Counted from the stretch's first letter, positions 1-16,089 are shown. The stretch: DNA of 64,000 nucleotides from Octopus vulgaris (GCA_951406725.2 OX597836.1:25854001-25918000); one strand, 5' to 3'. The notes: a model not told the origin generated them from the letters alone. Program-made: numbers and translations.

Positions 1-195
1 ATATATACATACATACGTATCCATATATATGTACACACACACACACACATACACAAACGCAAACACGCGCGCGCACACATCATGGCTATATCAAAAATCA
101 ATACTTTAATATTTCTAAAGTTTTTTTTTTCTTCTCTTCCTTGGTTTTTCTCTACCACCATTATGACGAGATACGATTACGAAATGAAATGAATA

Positions 196-256
<61 letters not shown>

Positions 257-574
257 GTAATGTAGAATCGGGTATTCGATGGAAAAACCTATATATGTAT
301 GAAAGTATGAAAGACATGTGTTGTATTCTATAGTAATTGCAAAAATCTTTCATCAAATCACTTATGTTGGCAGATAAAGGAATAACTATTCCATCTGTTT
401 ACAGTTTTAGATTTCTTCAATTTTTGGTTTCAAGCAATGAAGGGAAGTGAGTCGGTAGGGGGGGGGTTGTACAGTAGGGAATAGAAAGCTGCCGCGGGTA
501 CGATGAATCGGAATGGGAGGAGGAAGGGGAGGAAGAGGAAGTAGAGGAGGGAAAGGTTTTGTGAGAAAGAAACG

Positions 575-1119
<545 letters not shown>

Positions 1120-1319
1120 AACATGATTACACATAATCAACGGATGGAGACAGACTGAACTACGGAAGGAGGAATGGAACAGCTTTCGAAAAATATGATT
1201 GAATGGATAACATGATACCATTATCATGAATAATAGATATAACACCAGCACCACCACCAACAACAACAACAGCAACCGCAACAACAATGATGATAATAAT
1301 AATAATAATAATGATATTA

Positions 1320-1465
<146 letters not shown>

Positions 1466-1791
1466 TGAGTATTTTTTACGTGAATTCATTGGGAAAATAG
1501 AAATGTGTACAATATGTCTATGGATTGTACGTACATACATACATAGACACATATGGAAAGAGAGAGCGAGAGGTTGAGGAAGACATAGGGAGAGAAAGAG
1601 AGAGGGAGAGAGGGAAAGAGAGAGAAAGACAGACGGAGAGGGACATACGCAATGCAATATAAATAATTCTATGCATTTCAGAACGAAAAGATGAAATGAT
1701 TGGAAATACAAATTTGAAATTAGTTACATGTGAAAAGAACTCCTCTCTCACACCTCGTGTATACGTATATACACATTACTATGTATACAGC

Positions 1792-2150
1792 GTGGAGGTG
1801 CAATGGTCCAACTGTTAGGGCAGTGGACTCGTGGTCGTAAGATCGTGGTTTCGACTCCCAGACCAGGCATTCTGAGTGTTTATTGAGCGAAAACATCTAA
1901 AGCCCCACGTGGCCCCGCCCGGGGGTTAATGGCAAACCCTGCTGCACTCTTTCACCACATCTTTCTCTTACCCTTTTTTCTCTGTTTCTGCTGTGCCTCT
2001 ATTTAAAAGGGCAAGCCTTGTCACACTCTACGTCACGCTGAATCTCCCCGAGAATTACGTTAGGGGGTACACGTGTCTGTGGAGTGCTCAGCCACTTGCA
2101 CGTTAATTTCACGAGCAGGCTGTTCCGCTGATCGGATCAACTGAAACCAC
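1792..2150 (+). mobile_element. tRNA-derived SINE family C (Nin-like domain)
   Basis: tRNA-like head GTGGAGGTGCAATGG..GGTTTCGACTCC. Body ACGCTGAATCTCCCCGAGAA..GATCGGATCAACTG is shared with 26670-26897 and 42322-42640. Confidence 0.7.
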
Positions 2151-2158
2151 GATTTATA

Positions 2159-2355
2159 CAGTAATCCCTCGACTATCGCGGGTGTTACGTTCCAACCCCG
2201 CACCCCACCACGCGATAAGGGAAAATCCGCGAAGTAGAAACTGTATTGTACATTTTTTTATTATTATTTTTATGATTTGTATATATTTATTTCATCAGAA
2301 ATGCATAACAACATCACGGCGGAATCAAGGTAAGCTTAAATAATGAACTACGATA
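2159..2355. mobile_element. pogo/Tigger-like DNA transposon end (one TIR)
   Basis: TA followed by CAGTAATCCCTCGACTATCGCGG, typical of pogo/Tigger termini. It truncates the upstream SINE. The right boundary is uncertain. Confidence 0.5.
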
Positions 2356-2550
2356 TGGTGAGGGAATACGTGGATTAGTGGTTAGAGTGAAAGGCTCGCG
2401 TCCGTAAGGTCGTGAGTTCGATTCTCAGCGGCAAAAATTCAGCTCTCAAGTCTAGTGTACATACCGATATATTAACGCAAGAAATATACTGAGGGAGCGA
2501 AGTATATTTTCAAGATAGATCTTACCGGCTGTTCACGAAATAAACATATG

Positions 2551-2594
<44 letters not shown>

Positions 2595-2802
2595 TATGTA
2601 AGTATGTATATATAAATCGTGTTGTGAAACACCACGAACGTAGGATATTCTCTCTCTGGACGTACACCGCAGTAGTTAGTTGCCTGTCAACGGTGTATAT
2701 TCAATAAGTATGGTATATACATATTTTAACTAAATACTACTTCAACTATTATAGGCAGTAACACACACACACACACACACGTACATATATATATATATAT
2801 AT

Positions 2803-3962
2803 TGTTGTGAATGGTCAGGGTGACCTCTATGACCTACTTTGCTGGCTTGGAGACAGAAAGTCTGGAATGCAAAGTTATAATCCTTTGTTTTGGGAAGAGT
2901 AATGGCTTTTGGAAGGACCCCTACCTTTTTGCCGGTCAAGGAAAGTTCGTTCTAAACACCCCTTAAAAGGAAGGGCTGAGAAAGACAGATTAAGGAATCT
3001 GGGAACTGTCATGAGAGAGTGACAGTGACAGCGTAGAGGAGGACAGACAGATGGTATTGCAGAGCTAGGAGAGAGAGAGTGACGGTGACAGCGTCGATGA
3101 GGACAGGCACATAGGACTAAGTGGCGATAGAGAGAGTATTAGAGCTGAGAGAGATTGGGGTGGTGACAGAGCAAGAGGTTTTGGCAGTCGGTATTTGGAA
3201 TTCGGGGCAAGCGGTTGGCAAGTTGGATTTAGCGGCCAGGATTTGGTATTCAGGGCAAGCAGGTTAGCAAGTTGGATTTAGCGGTGCTGAGAGAGATGAG
3301 GTACAATATGAGACATTGGCTATTATAGTAGGAACTAAGGTACGTGAATTGTGTATTGATATGTGAAGAAAAAGAAGGAAAGAGTTGTGGTATTTATGTA
3401 AAAAGAATCGATGTAAAGAGACAGTAAAAGAAATGAGACAGTGAAAAGAACAATGTGAACTGTGTAAAGACATTGTGTACAGAGTTGTGTTAAGGCAAAA
3501 GAGAACTGTGTAATGAACATTGAACTGTTAGGTCTTTAATGTCCTTTGAACTGTAACTTTAATGTGATTAGACAACAGAACTGTTGTCTCCGGACGTGTA
3601 CTCTTGAAATGCTGTTGTTATTGCATTTGATGTGTTGTTACCTGCATGTTTAAATGCTTTGATCTGTGGTATACCTGTATGATGTATTGAGTTGTTGTTT
3701 AATTCGACGTGTCCTCTTTAAATGTATCTGATATGTATTTGATGTTGTAACAATTAATAGTCATATAAACTAGTACGTTAAATGTGAGCCAATTGCCTTC
3801 TTTGTGTCTCTCTCGGTTGCCTCTGTGTCTGCTTCTTGCTGCTGTTGTTGTTGTCGTTATCTCTCTCCTCTCCGAGTTTCCGTGGCGAACATTATCTGAT
3901 CGAACGGGCCTGTGTGAGGGATTCCGTAACAGCTTTCGTTCGACGGAGGTCCCCTCGTAACA
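2803..3962. mobile_element. Probable solo LTR (~1.16 kb)
   Basis: Starts TGTTGTGA and ends TCGTAACA (TG...CA, 6/8 inverted). ATAT lies on both sides within (TA)n. Internal tandem repeats (3012-3110, 3190-3285) and no ORF. Confidence 0.6.
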
Positions 3963-3977
3963 ATATATATATATATA

Positions 3978-4021
<44 letters not shown>

Positions 4022-4066
4022 GGATTGCATGTAGATATATGTATGTATCAAATCTGTATATATATC

Positions 4067-4101
<35 letters not shown>

Positions 4102-4528
4102 TCATATATATATATATATATTCATATATATATATATTGACAGTTTAATAATGTTGAACACGTTGGTTGTGTGTTTCAATAGATTATGTATATTGCATGT
4201 CCACACGCAAACACACTCACACACACGCAACTATATACCTGCACAATCAGCAACCATGCGTATATGTGTGCGACCGTATGTAAAGAGAGAGCGACGTGCT
4301 TGAGATGTAGACATACAACAGTTATATATACATATCAGATAAGGACTTTTTATCTTTATGTCGTTAATGACGATTTTTAGTACATATTTCAGTCAACATT
4401 TATGGCAGACCGAATCCTTTTGTTTGTTTTCCGGCTTACTTACTGCCTACTCTATACATATACACGCATATGTGTGTGTGTCTGTACGTGCGTGTGTGTA
4501 TATATATATTCTTTTATTTGTTTCAGTC

Positions 4529-4564
<36 letters not shown>

Positions 4565-4814
4565 TCAAGGATGTGTTATAACCATATTCCTCATATACAA
4601 AAGCAGCCATACCAATCCAAGATACCTCCATCATCAGCTGCCTCACGGATATCATTATGGTTTTGATACCTGGGCATTACCATTCAATCTGGCAGTGTCA
4701 ACAGCACGAAAAGAAGTGTTGCATAGAACCAAACATACCAAAGAAACCACATGTATGCATGTGTGTATATATACATACACACACACACACACACACACAC
4801 ATACATATACATAT

Positions 4815-4862
<48 letters not shown>

Positions 4863-4979
4863 GTTATTAAAAAGCTGCAAAGACATCACAAAATCTGTTA
4901 CTCTGAGTTTCACGTTCCCCTTCGTCAGGCTGTTTTGGTTTATACGCACACACACACAGTTAGATAGATATATAGACAG

Positions 4980-5735
<756 letters not shown>

Positions 5736-7126
5736 GCTATTTAACGTACAAATGCCTTACAATGAGTTCAGATCATAAAACAACTACCAATGTTAAAACA
5801 ACAGTTACACTGGACGAAGTGAAAATAGAATTAAACCCTAACATACGTCTCTTTAGATGCAGCGATAAGATCTGCTCCAGCTCTTTATCACAATATCTCT
5901 GGAATTTGAAAGACGATATATTTTAAATAATATATTTGTGAACCGATGCATTAATAAGATGATGTTACACTTTTCTGACGTACCTGAATAGCAATTTATG
6001 CATATCAGAGAAGTATTACATTGTAGTCTAACCCTTGAAAATCCTGTATTAAAATCTTAATGTAATTTCTGTGTTTAAGTATATCAACAAATATCTTGTG
6101 AAAATATTTCCCCGGCGATTCATTAAACTATCTGCGCTATCATCTACACAATTTACCATATTAATTCTCCTCTATATTATATTCATTTTCGCCGTTGGCC
6201 ACTTAATAGAAGTATCTCCGTCACTCTGTATGAGTGATAACCGAAACTTTCATACAAAGTCTGGCTTCATACAGATTTACGAAACCATGCCCCTACTTAA
6301 TGTTACGGTAAACTTTATCACCGAGCCATTAACGACCAACGAGTATGAAATTATTGCACACGTCTAGCGTCGACTTAATAGTTGAATTCTCCAACGAAGG
6401 TTTTCGCTCCTTTTCATCTATATTTTCTTCTGTACACGCGCAGCAAGAAAATGTGAGCATAGATGAAGTAACCCTTTAACTTCGAACAACGAAAAAAAGA
6501 TATTGCATATGTATGATTGTATAAATGTATTGTGCGATATAAATCAACAAATAAAGAGAGAATTCTTTACAGATAGTAAGTGAAATATTTCCATATTAAT
6601 GACCACAACACAACCATTCACGTACAGTACTCTCACCAGTTTCATGCAAGAAGTAGTCCTTAAGAGGGAGTATAGGAAAACATCTTAGATTCCTTGGTTT
6701 ATTTCAATAACCAATGAATTATTCATGATGGCTACTTTGTGAAGTCTCGTGTGATATGAGAAAGTCTGAGAATAAATGAGAACAAGCTCATTTTACAATA
6801 AAGAAGAAACGGAAAGCCCAGAGGCCGTAGCTCTGTAAATTACTTTCCAAAAACTATTTTCTTTGTATTATGTATGACAATAGAATAAATAAGGAATATG
6901 GACATGAGGAATATTCCATCTAAAAGAAATGGTCAAAATGTAGAATTGCAATAACGAAACTCTGCATACATACATACATACATACATACATACATACATA
7001 CATACATACATACATACATACATACATACATACATACATACTTACATACATACATACTTACATACATACATACAGACATGTATGAATTATTCATATATAT
7101 ATATATATATGCATACATACTTTCAC

Positions 7127-7179
<53 letters not shown>

Positions 7180-7369
7180 CACATATGTTCATTATACATA
7201 CATATATGTACAACATAACGATTATGTTGCCTGGTCTTCAAGTTTTTCTTATCGACTTCATCGACTATTAGTTAACACACACATACACATACATGCACAC
7301 ACTCATACACACACATTTTGTCAATGTGTGAGCGCCTGTGAGTGTGGTGTGTGTATATGTGTGTGCACC

Positions 7370-7841
7370 TATGCATGTATGTATTTATACATGTATGTAT
7401 GCATGTGTGTGTGTATGTATGTGTGCATGTATGTATGTATGTGTATGTATGTATGTATGTATGTATGTATGTATGTATGTATGTATGTATGTATGTATGT
7501 ATGTATGTATGTATGTATGTATGTATGTATGTATGTATGTATGTATGTATGTGCATGATGTATGTATGTATGTATGTATGTATGTATGTATGTATGTATG
7601 TATGTATGTATGTATGTATGTATGTATGTATGCATGTATGTATGTATGTATGTATGTATGTATGTATGTGATGTATGTATGTATGTATGTATGTATGTAT
7701 GTATGTATGTATGTATGTATGTATGTATGTATGTATGTATGTATGTATGTATGTATGTATGTATGTATGTATGTATGTATGTATGCATGTATGTATGTAT
7801 GTATGTATGTATGTATGTATGTATGTATGTATGTATGTATG
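7370..7841. repeat. (TATG)n microsatellite
   Basis: Direct reading of the sequence. Confidence 0.97.
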
Positions 7842-8873
7842 CATTCATATACGTGGGTGTGTATGTGTGTGTGAGCGTGTGTGTACGTGTGTTTGTACTT
7901 CCAATATGTCTGCTATGGTATTCCTTCGAAAAGATGATGAAAAATCGAAGTCTCTTTTTCTATTATCGAGTAAAAAACAGCCAACGCTTGTGCTACATGT
8001 TTCTTGTCTCATTTGGCGTGTGTCCATGTGAACACATGTGTGTATATTCGTGTGTATGCATGTTTACTTATGTGTGAATGTGCGAGTGCGTATGTGTGTC
8101 CCCATGTATACAAATGTGTGTACGTCACGTGTGCAAGTATCTGTGCTTGTGTACGTATGTGTGTATACCTGTGTGTATATGTGTAAGTGTGTGTATGCCA
8201 TATGAGAATGCATATGTACATACATATGCATGTCTGTGTATGTGTGCGTTACATGTTGGTTTACATATATATGCATGTGTGTGTACATGTGCGTGCTTGT
8301 ACGTATGTGTGTATGCACGTGTATATATGTGATATATGTATGTGTGTACCTGTGTGTATACGTCTGTGTGAAGGTACAAATGTGAATCGGTGTGCGCGTG
8401 TGTATGTGTGTGTGTATGTGTTTGTGTGTATGTGTTTGTGTGTGTGTATGTGTTTGTGTGTATGTGTTTGTGTGTGTGTTTGTGTTTGTGTGTATGTGTT
8501 TGTGTATGTGTTTGTGTGTGTGTTTGTGTTTTGTGTGTGTATGTGTGTGTGTGTATGTGTTTGTGTGTATGTGTTTGTGTGTGTGTTTGTGTGTGTGTGC
8601 GTGCGTGTGAATCATGTGATTAGTGTTGAAGGTAATTATGAAAGAGACAAAATATCAGGAATGAGATCGAGGACTTATGGCGGAGGGTGTAAGGACGGAA
8701 TGGGCGCTCAGAGAGGGGGTAGGGGTATGTGTAATGCTGTAGGTGTATGTGTGTGTGATTGTGTGTATGTATGTGTGTGTGTATGTATGTGTGTGTGTGT
8801 AATACAATTGGAGTAAACGGAGAAAGAGGGGAAGTGGTAATTTAGTGTCTTTATGTTTGGATGTGTTTATGTC

Positions 8874-8972
<99 letters not shown>

Positions 8973-9234
8973 TTGTGTTTTGTTGTTTGTTTGTTGCATG
9001 TCGTTTTGTCAGAATGCAATTTCTTCAGAATTGTCTCTCGATAATAGAAATAAAGATTATTTATTTATATTATTGAAAGTGTGAAAGTCGACAGAATAGT
9101 CAAATTACACAAAGTTGGATTAATGATACAGACAAAGAGGGAGGCAGAGAGACAGATAAATGAATAGATGGGATAAGCAGATAGATAGAGGCATAGAAAT
9201 ATAGAGACACACATGCACGCACGCACACGTGTAC

Positions 9235-9355
9235 TTAGTGTTATTTCGTCTGCTGTTACGTTCTGAGTTCAAATTCCGCCAGGTCGACTTTGCCTTTCAT
9301 CGTTTCGGGATCGATTAAATAAGTACCAGTTACGCACTGGGGTCGATGGAATCGA
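9235..9355 (+). mobile_element. SINE family B fragment
   Basis: CGTTCTGAGTTCAAATTCCGCC..GTCGACTTTGCCTTTCATC..TAAGTACCAGTT. Confidence 0.8.
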
Positions 9356-9599
9356 ATCAGACTATTTGATTTCTCTCCGAGTTGGATGTTAATATCCAGT
9401 CTATGAATTCAAAAAAGGGACTAAGGTCCTTCCCCAGCCATAGGCAAGTAGGACCGATTTCCCGGATTCTGCGCCGTATGTAGTTGCCACTTGGACAGGA
9501 CGCCGGTCCATCGCGAGAAGTCAATGTTTTAAGCGGTGATAAATGCTTAATCCGGTATTCTGTCGTCTTTCTTGAAGATTTAAGCTTGCACTCTTGTAC

Positions 9600-9835
9600 T
9601 TAATTATTCAGTATGGGCGGGTTCCAACCCGGGCCGCAGCAACAAGGTCTACCTGCTACACTTCACGGTCTAGCATCACTGCCTTGTGGCTCTGGATACA
9701 TTTCAGGCCAGAGTCTGCAATCAAGTTGTCGGTGTAAGAGTGACGGCATTTTCCTCTGCTTACATCATCATGAAATGGGTTCCGCAAGACTGAGTTGGCT
9801 GCTTCCACTATAGAGTGTTGCACTCAGTAACCAGA
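9600..9835 (-). mobile_element. Degenerate RTE-like LINE 3' end
   Basis: Minus-strand translation GY*VQH..EAANSVLRNPFHDDVSRGKCRHSYTDNLIADSGL..AVMLDREV*..ARVGTRPY* resembles the RTE ORF C-terminus. Confidence 0.5.
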
Positions 9836-11109
9836 TATTTGCAGCCGTTTTTGCCTGATTTTCTCGTTAATTTTCAGTAGGTTTCCATAAAGGTACTGAT
9901 TCGTGATATGTTACTACCATTTCGCATTTAGGGCTATTCGTAGCATCCTTGTATAACGTCCATTTAGCCCGTTGGATAATTTCTTTGTCATTGTCCCTAT
10001 AAGTCTAAATTTAGTTTGATATATCATACGTGAAAGCCTCTATATCAGATTTATGGAGCCATTCCATTCTCCCACGTTCCCATTTGAAACCATTCAGTTA
10101 GACCTGAAAATCCAAGCAGTAATTTAATATAATTACTTCTAACAACCCCTAAAGCATACAACAATTTTTGTCAAACGTAATGCTTGTCTTGTAAGTTTAA
10201 TCGTGAGTAAAAATGTGTATGAATTGATGGTAGTATCGATGACGTAATAGTCACACCTTCATTACATCCTTCTGCCATTTTAAATCAATATTATGTGGTG
10301 GTTCTGCAATGGTTAATACTAATAACAGCTGATGTTGAAAGTTTTTTGATGAAAAACGGACAGATAATTAGGATTTTTCCCCATTCAAGTAAAGAGAATC
10401 CCTCTCTTTATTTCTCTCCCTCTTTCTCTCTCTCACTTTTTATTCATTTATCTATCTATCTATCTGTGTACGCATGGGCGTATGTGTGTGGGTGTGTGTG
10501 TGTATGTGTGACTCATTTGTAAATGTTCAGTTACAATTTATGGGAATTATTTTTCTTGAACGTCAAGAGTTGCTCAAGTATAAAAAATAAGAAAAACTGA
10601 AAGGAGCTCTTTACATGCAAAGAATTTACATGTAAAGAGCTACCAATTCTCAAAAGAGATATTAATGAACGGCAGCAAGTTATGAAGTGTGTGAGATAAT
10701 TGTATAAAATGGGAAACTACAGACCGAAGGCGGGTTTGTTAAACAGTGTTCATAAATGCAGCAGGACGAATTTTTAACAGTAAGGTTTTTTTCTTCTTTT
10801 GGTAGGGATAATAAAAATTTATCAAAAGGGACAATTTCTGCTTGTTTAAATGATGACTAACAATATCGAAGTCAACCTGAAACAAATAACATCAAAATTT
10901 CCGTTTAATTTAATAACTGGTAGTGAGACAAGAGTTTGTTAAGTCTGTACCTGAGATAAATGGCTTACGTCACGGTACGAATACATTTCCGTGATTTTAA
11001 ATCGATACATTGGACTACACAAGCTGAAGAACTCTTACCTGCGGTTAACTTAACACTAATTGATTTCACGCTACACTTCGAACTCCTTAACGATATATTT
11101 AACATTGGT

Positions 11110-11323
11110 AAGGCAGCGAGTCGACAGAATCATTAGCATACCGGACAAAATGTTTAGAGGCATCTCGTTCGTCTTTACGTTCTGAGTTCAAACGTCGCCG
11201 GGGTCGACTTTGCCTTTCATCCTTTCGAGATCGATAAAATAGGTACCAGTTGAACACTGGGGTCGATGTAATCAACTTAACCCTTTCTCTGAAACTACTG
11301 AGCTTGTACCAAAATTTGAAACC
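11110..11323 (+). mobile_element. tRNA-derived SINE family B (Meta/MESC-like central domain)
   Basis: AAGGCAGCGAG head, GAGTTCAAA B box, GCCTTTCATCCTTTCG..ATAAA..GTACCAGTT core. Confidence 0.85.
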
Positions 11324-13126
11324 GATATATACCAGCTATGATAAGCTACTAAAATGGCCTTGTTCGTTGCTTTACTCAATTAAATAATTAGAGACTGGAC
11401 CCAGTAACTAGATTTTAAAACTTTATTAATACCACAGTCTTAATTGACAACATAGTTTCTAGACATTCTGTGTGAATAGGCAGTGTGATGGAAGTGAGAA
11501 GAAAATGGAAGGACTATCCTAAAAATATGGGATTGGATAACAGATAATTTAAAGAGGTTTTCAGGGATGCCAGCGCTGAATAAAATGATGTATTACACCG
11601 ACCAGGCAAAAGATGTTTGTCCTCAAAAAACTCTGTGGATTAATATTTGAAATAAAAGTTCGTAATTGTTACAGCTAATTCTATTCTGGGAATAAGAAAA
11701 TCAAACACGTTTCTAGGGTTTGGCATGGTTGGCGATATCACTAGCAACATAATGAAAAAATTATAAAAGACGAATCGTTTCTTACCAATATAAGTGACTT
11801 TAATTTAATGCTGTATGTCTCCTTATTGTGCATGGTAAAACTGCAGGATACATAATCCAACTCTGAAACAACAGAAAACCAGAAGAGATGGTTAGATAAA
11901 CTTCAAAACGTTTCAGTGATTGAAATTAGTTTCAAATGAGACTTCGAGATTTACAAAATTATCAACACAAGCTACAAAATAAAAAGTGTGGTGTGATTTT
12001 TGATGTTACCAAATGAACTCCTGCTTGTTTTAATTCTCGTATAATTAGAGAATTTTATATCCAAATTTCATAGTTTGTGTATTTTAGAATTTATGAATGC
12101 TAAATAAATAATGAAAGATGTCAATTTTTTAGTAATCAAGCAGTGAAGGACTTCATCATTATTTTTATAACGATCAATTTTTCTCGATATTCAATTAATC
12201 CAAGCAACCCTTGAGGACAAGACTTAATGGTGATAATCTTGTAAACTAATTAAGAATTGTCGCCTCATCAATCACGCCCAACAACTCTGAACTTTCCACA
12301 ACAATGGAGAATCAGCTTTCTCATTAAGATACAAGGTCAGTTATGATTTCAAGAGATTTCAAACATTATGTACTGCGATCTCCTTGGAATTTCAGTATTT
12401 AAAATTTAACTGTTCTATCTAATCAATGAAATAATTTCGATACCTTAATTTCTGTCGAGTGTAATCCGGTGCATACACATGAATTTGCATTAAACGCATT
12501 GTTTTTCTCAGTTAAATTCGGGCCTCATATGGCTGGAATTCGAACGTGTTACTAAGCTTTCGCTGGCCCCTGCTCTATAGGATCACCCGAACTGTCAGAA
12601 ATAGCAACAATATCGACTTCAACTTACACATCAGCCGTGAAACAGATAGGACTTTTTGTGAATATATAGTCCATGATACACTATGTCTGAGAAACAGAGA
12701 TAGAATGGTCACAGTTGAGAAGCCTTCTGTCGTAGATATGACGTGTAACTGAACAATAACAACATCAAACTACAATAAAGAAAAACGAGATTTTCTCGGC
12801 TGGAAAGTCTTTGATCATCTGTACGTCACGATGAGAACCGACCCGAAACTAAGCAACGAGAACAAACATCATTCTGGGTTTTGCAATAGTTTTCGAGTCG
12901 GTAATTGCAACATGGGTCGCATGGTCAAGTTACTTGGTCTTCATACGACAGAATTTCAAATTCTCTGTTGTCATTTCCTCGTGTTTCAGAGCAGACCACT
13001 TAATTCTACATTTCAACTGTTCCACCCGACCCCACCTCATGTGACTGTGCAGCAGAAACGAGAGAGAGTGAAACATGTTCGCCATCATCATAATCATCAT
13101 CATCATCGTCATCATCATCATCATCA

Positions 13127-13182
<56 letters not shown>

Positions 13183-13214
13183 GTTGTTGTTGTTGTTATT
13201 GTTATTAACAAGCT

Positions 13215-14850
13215 ATGAGAATTAACAGCAACGTTATCTTGAGCTTTGGTGACAATAAGTTTGCTCTAATATCTAGAATCTTTCGTAAGGCTTCTTGCAA
13301 AGTACAAGATTGCACTTTTTCTACAGGTCGACAATGCGAGTCACAATTCCTATATCTTTCAATCTCTTAGATAGTATTTTGAGTGTTGTGCCAAGTGCAC
13401 CAGTAACCACAGAATAACTACCAACTTAGTTTCCCACAATTTCTTCAGCTCTCTGGCTAGATCCTGATATATCACAATTATGATCTTACAATTTGTGTTT
13501 ATTTTATCCTTATAATCATATCTGGTCATCTTGCTTCAATAGGATGATTAGTTTTTTATGGGGAGGCACCACACGATCTTGTGATTCTCATTTGCTATCA
13601 CAACTTCTGATTCCTATTCATACCATTTTTCTCTTGTTTTGAAGCCACACACTTGACCAACACCTCAATGCACTCCTTTTGCCTACACTGTCATGCCTGC
13701 ACTTATACTCTTTTCGTGCAATAATACTGCACTCACTGAAAAGGTGATTGATACTTTCGTTTCCTTTCCTGCAGATTCTATATTTGCTGTATTACTGAGT
13801 TTTTTCGAGGTTTTGTTATCAGATTTCTTGAAAGGGTTTGTTCTTGAGCGACTATAATTAGGGTTTCCGCTTCTCGTTTTAAGTTCCCGTTCGTCAATCA
13901 AAGCCAACGATCTTTGCTTCCAGCATTCTCAATTTGTTGCAAGAATTGGCCATACAATTCCATTTCTTTCCATTTGTTTGTTCTATTGTTCCTCCTTTCC
14001 TCTTTGAATCCCCCGATTTTTTTGACATCTCTAGCGGTTGATAGTATTATTTCTTTACACCACACAAATTTTCAGACCCACTACCGCAGGACTAACAGTG
14101 TATTCTGCGTTTAGTAACCCTCTGCCACTTTCCTTAGTTGGTAGCAAGAGTTGGTCGGTATGATTTTTAAGACGGAGTGCGTTGTGCATTGTGAACAGCT
14201 TCGTACTTCTTGTATATGATTTCCTTACTGCCCACAAGGGGCTACACAAAGAGGGGACAAACAAGGGCAGACAAACGGATTAAGTCGATTATATCGACCC
14301 CAGTGCGTAACTGGTACTTATTTAATCCACCCCAAAAGGATGAAAGGCAAAGTCGACCTTGGCGGAATTTGAACTCAGAACGTAGCGACAAACGAAATAC
14401 AGCTACGCATTTCGCCCGGCGTGCTAACGATTCTGCCAGCTCGCCGCCTTTTATATAAATTCTGTAGCTCGACTTTTGACCATTCCAGAAAGGGAGAAGA
14501 ATATCTCATTACTGACTTAACCCATGTATCCATGGCTTTAACGATATTCCTTTCATTTAATTGTTTAGACCAAATTCCTGATTCTCTTGTGATTTTTGGT
14601 GACTTTCTCTCTCATTTCTTTTTCCAATTAACCTATCCTCATGCAGCACTCCCAGGTATTCCTACCTTTCGTTATTCATCAGCGTTCTAATGATGTTGTT
14701 TTGTGTTAATTCCATGGCATCAGACTTTATCTTCCGGCCTCTCTTCATATTTAGCGCTGCGCATTTATCAACCCCAAACTACATACCAATATCTTACTGA
14801 ATATTCTCAATGTTTAGATTAGAGAATATGTTTGTCACATTTTTATTTGT
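13215..14850 (-). mobile_element. Decayed R4/Dong-like (RLE) non-LTR retrotransposon, interrupted by a SINE
   Basis: Minus-strand relic motifs: IFSKDIGM*FGVDKCAALNMKRG; TKLFTMHNAL..DQLLLPTKESGRGL; YQDLARELKKLWETKLVVISVVTGALG. Many stops and frameshifts. Flanked by (TAA)n-type tracts. Confidence 0.8.
14219..14450 (-). mobile_element. SINE family B inserted in the R4-like LINE
   Basis: Full-length copy with the GTGGGCAGTAAGGAAAT tail. The LINE relic continues on both sides. Confidence 0.88.
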
Positions 14851-14986
14851 TTCATTTTTCTTATAACAACAATGATTATTATCAACATCCTCCTCCTCCT
14901 CCTCCTCCTCCTCCTCATCATCATCATCATCATCATTATTATTATTATTATTATTATTGCTATTATTATTATTATTATTATTATTA

Positions 14987-15026
<40 letters not shown>

Positions 15027-15031
15027 CATCA

Positions 15032-15075
<44 letters not shown>

Positions 15076-15078
<3 letters not shown>

Positions 15079-15192
15079 TAGTTTTATTTTTATAGCGTGC
15101 TTTCACTACACTACCGAGCGCAGCTCTGTGTGCCTTGGGTATGTGCTGTGGTTTGCTGTGATGCTCTTATGGTTACTGTATTGAAAGTGTTT
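15076..15192 (-). mobile_element. Very short 3' end of R4/Dong-like LINE
   Basis: Near-identical to 15377-15490 (CAGTAGTTTTATTTTTATA..CACTACACTACCGAGCGCA..), with a (TAA)n tail. Confidence 0.75.
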
Positions 15193-15219
15193 TATATATG
15201 TAGACACGCACACATATAT

Positions 15220-15269
<50 letters not shown>

Positions 15270-15346
15270 GATTACACACACACACATATATCTACATGCA
15301 TATGCATATATTTGCACTCTCACACATACATATATATGTATGTATA

Positions 15347-15376
<30 letters not shown>

Positions 15377-15380
<4 letters not shown>

Positions 15381-15745
15381 TAGTTTTATTTTTATAACGT
15401 GCTTTCACTACACTACCGAGCGCAACTCTCTGTGCCTTGGGTATGAGCTGTGGTTTGCTGTGATGCTCTTATGGTTACTGTATTGAGAGAAGTTTTGCGT
15501 AGGATGTGTGCAGTACCTAGTAGTGCTATTTTCTGTATGTTGTATATATTTGTTAGCCCTGGTATTTTTGTTATGTATTTGTCTGAATATTTTTTTTATC
15601 ATACCTAATGCGCCTACTATGATAGGAATTGTTTCTGTTTTTAGATTCCACATTCGAGTTACCTCTATTTCTAGCTCTTTGTATTTTGAAAGTTTCTCCA
15701 TTTTTTTAGAGAAATGTTGTCATCTATTGGTATTGATACATCAAT
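15377..15745 (-). mobile_element. 3' fragment of R4/Dong-like LINE (RLE C-terminus)
   Basis: EKLSKYKELEIEVTRMWNLKTETIPIIVGALG..IQKIALLGTAHILRK. (TAA)n-type tracts on both sides. Confidence 0.85.
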
Positions 15746-15829
15746 TTATTTTTGTTGTTGTTGTTATTGTTGTTGTTATTATTATTGATAGTAATATTAT
15801 TATTATTGTTATTATTATTATTATTATTA

Positions 15830-15867
<38 letters not shown>

Positions 15868-15869
<2 letters not shown>

Positions 15870-16065
15870 GGTAGCAATAATCGGGAGTACGCCGGGCATT
15901 TAGTCCGTCTTTACGTTCTGACTTCAAATTTCGCCGACGGCGACTTTGCCTTTCATCCTTTCAGGGTCGATGAATTAAGTACCAGTGAATCACTATAGTC
16001 GATGTAATCGATTATTCCCTCCTCCCCGACAAAAATTTCAGACCGTGTGCCTTTAATAGAAAGGA
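15868..16065 (+). mobile_element. SINE family B
   Basis: Family B core sequence. Confidence 0.8.
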
Positions 16066-16089
16066 TTGTAGTAGTAGTAGTATTAGTAT

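Noticed and set aside
2364-2432. tRNA-like sequence (also heads at 30550-30626, 32414-32460, 42570-42640)
   Set aside because: These are SINE heads with A/B boxes and no complete cloverleaf or acceptor stem.
4618-4645. CAGCTGATGA on the minus strand
   Set aside because: No helix II plus GAAA follows, so the core heptamer alone is uninformative. This also weakens the similar motif at 48684.
6071-6367. 98-aa ORF in unique sequence
   Set aside because: No ATG start, domain or splice support.
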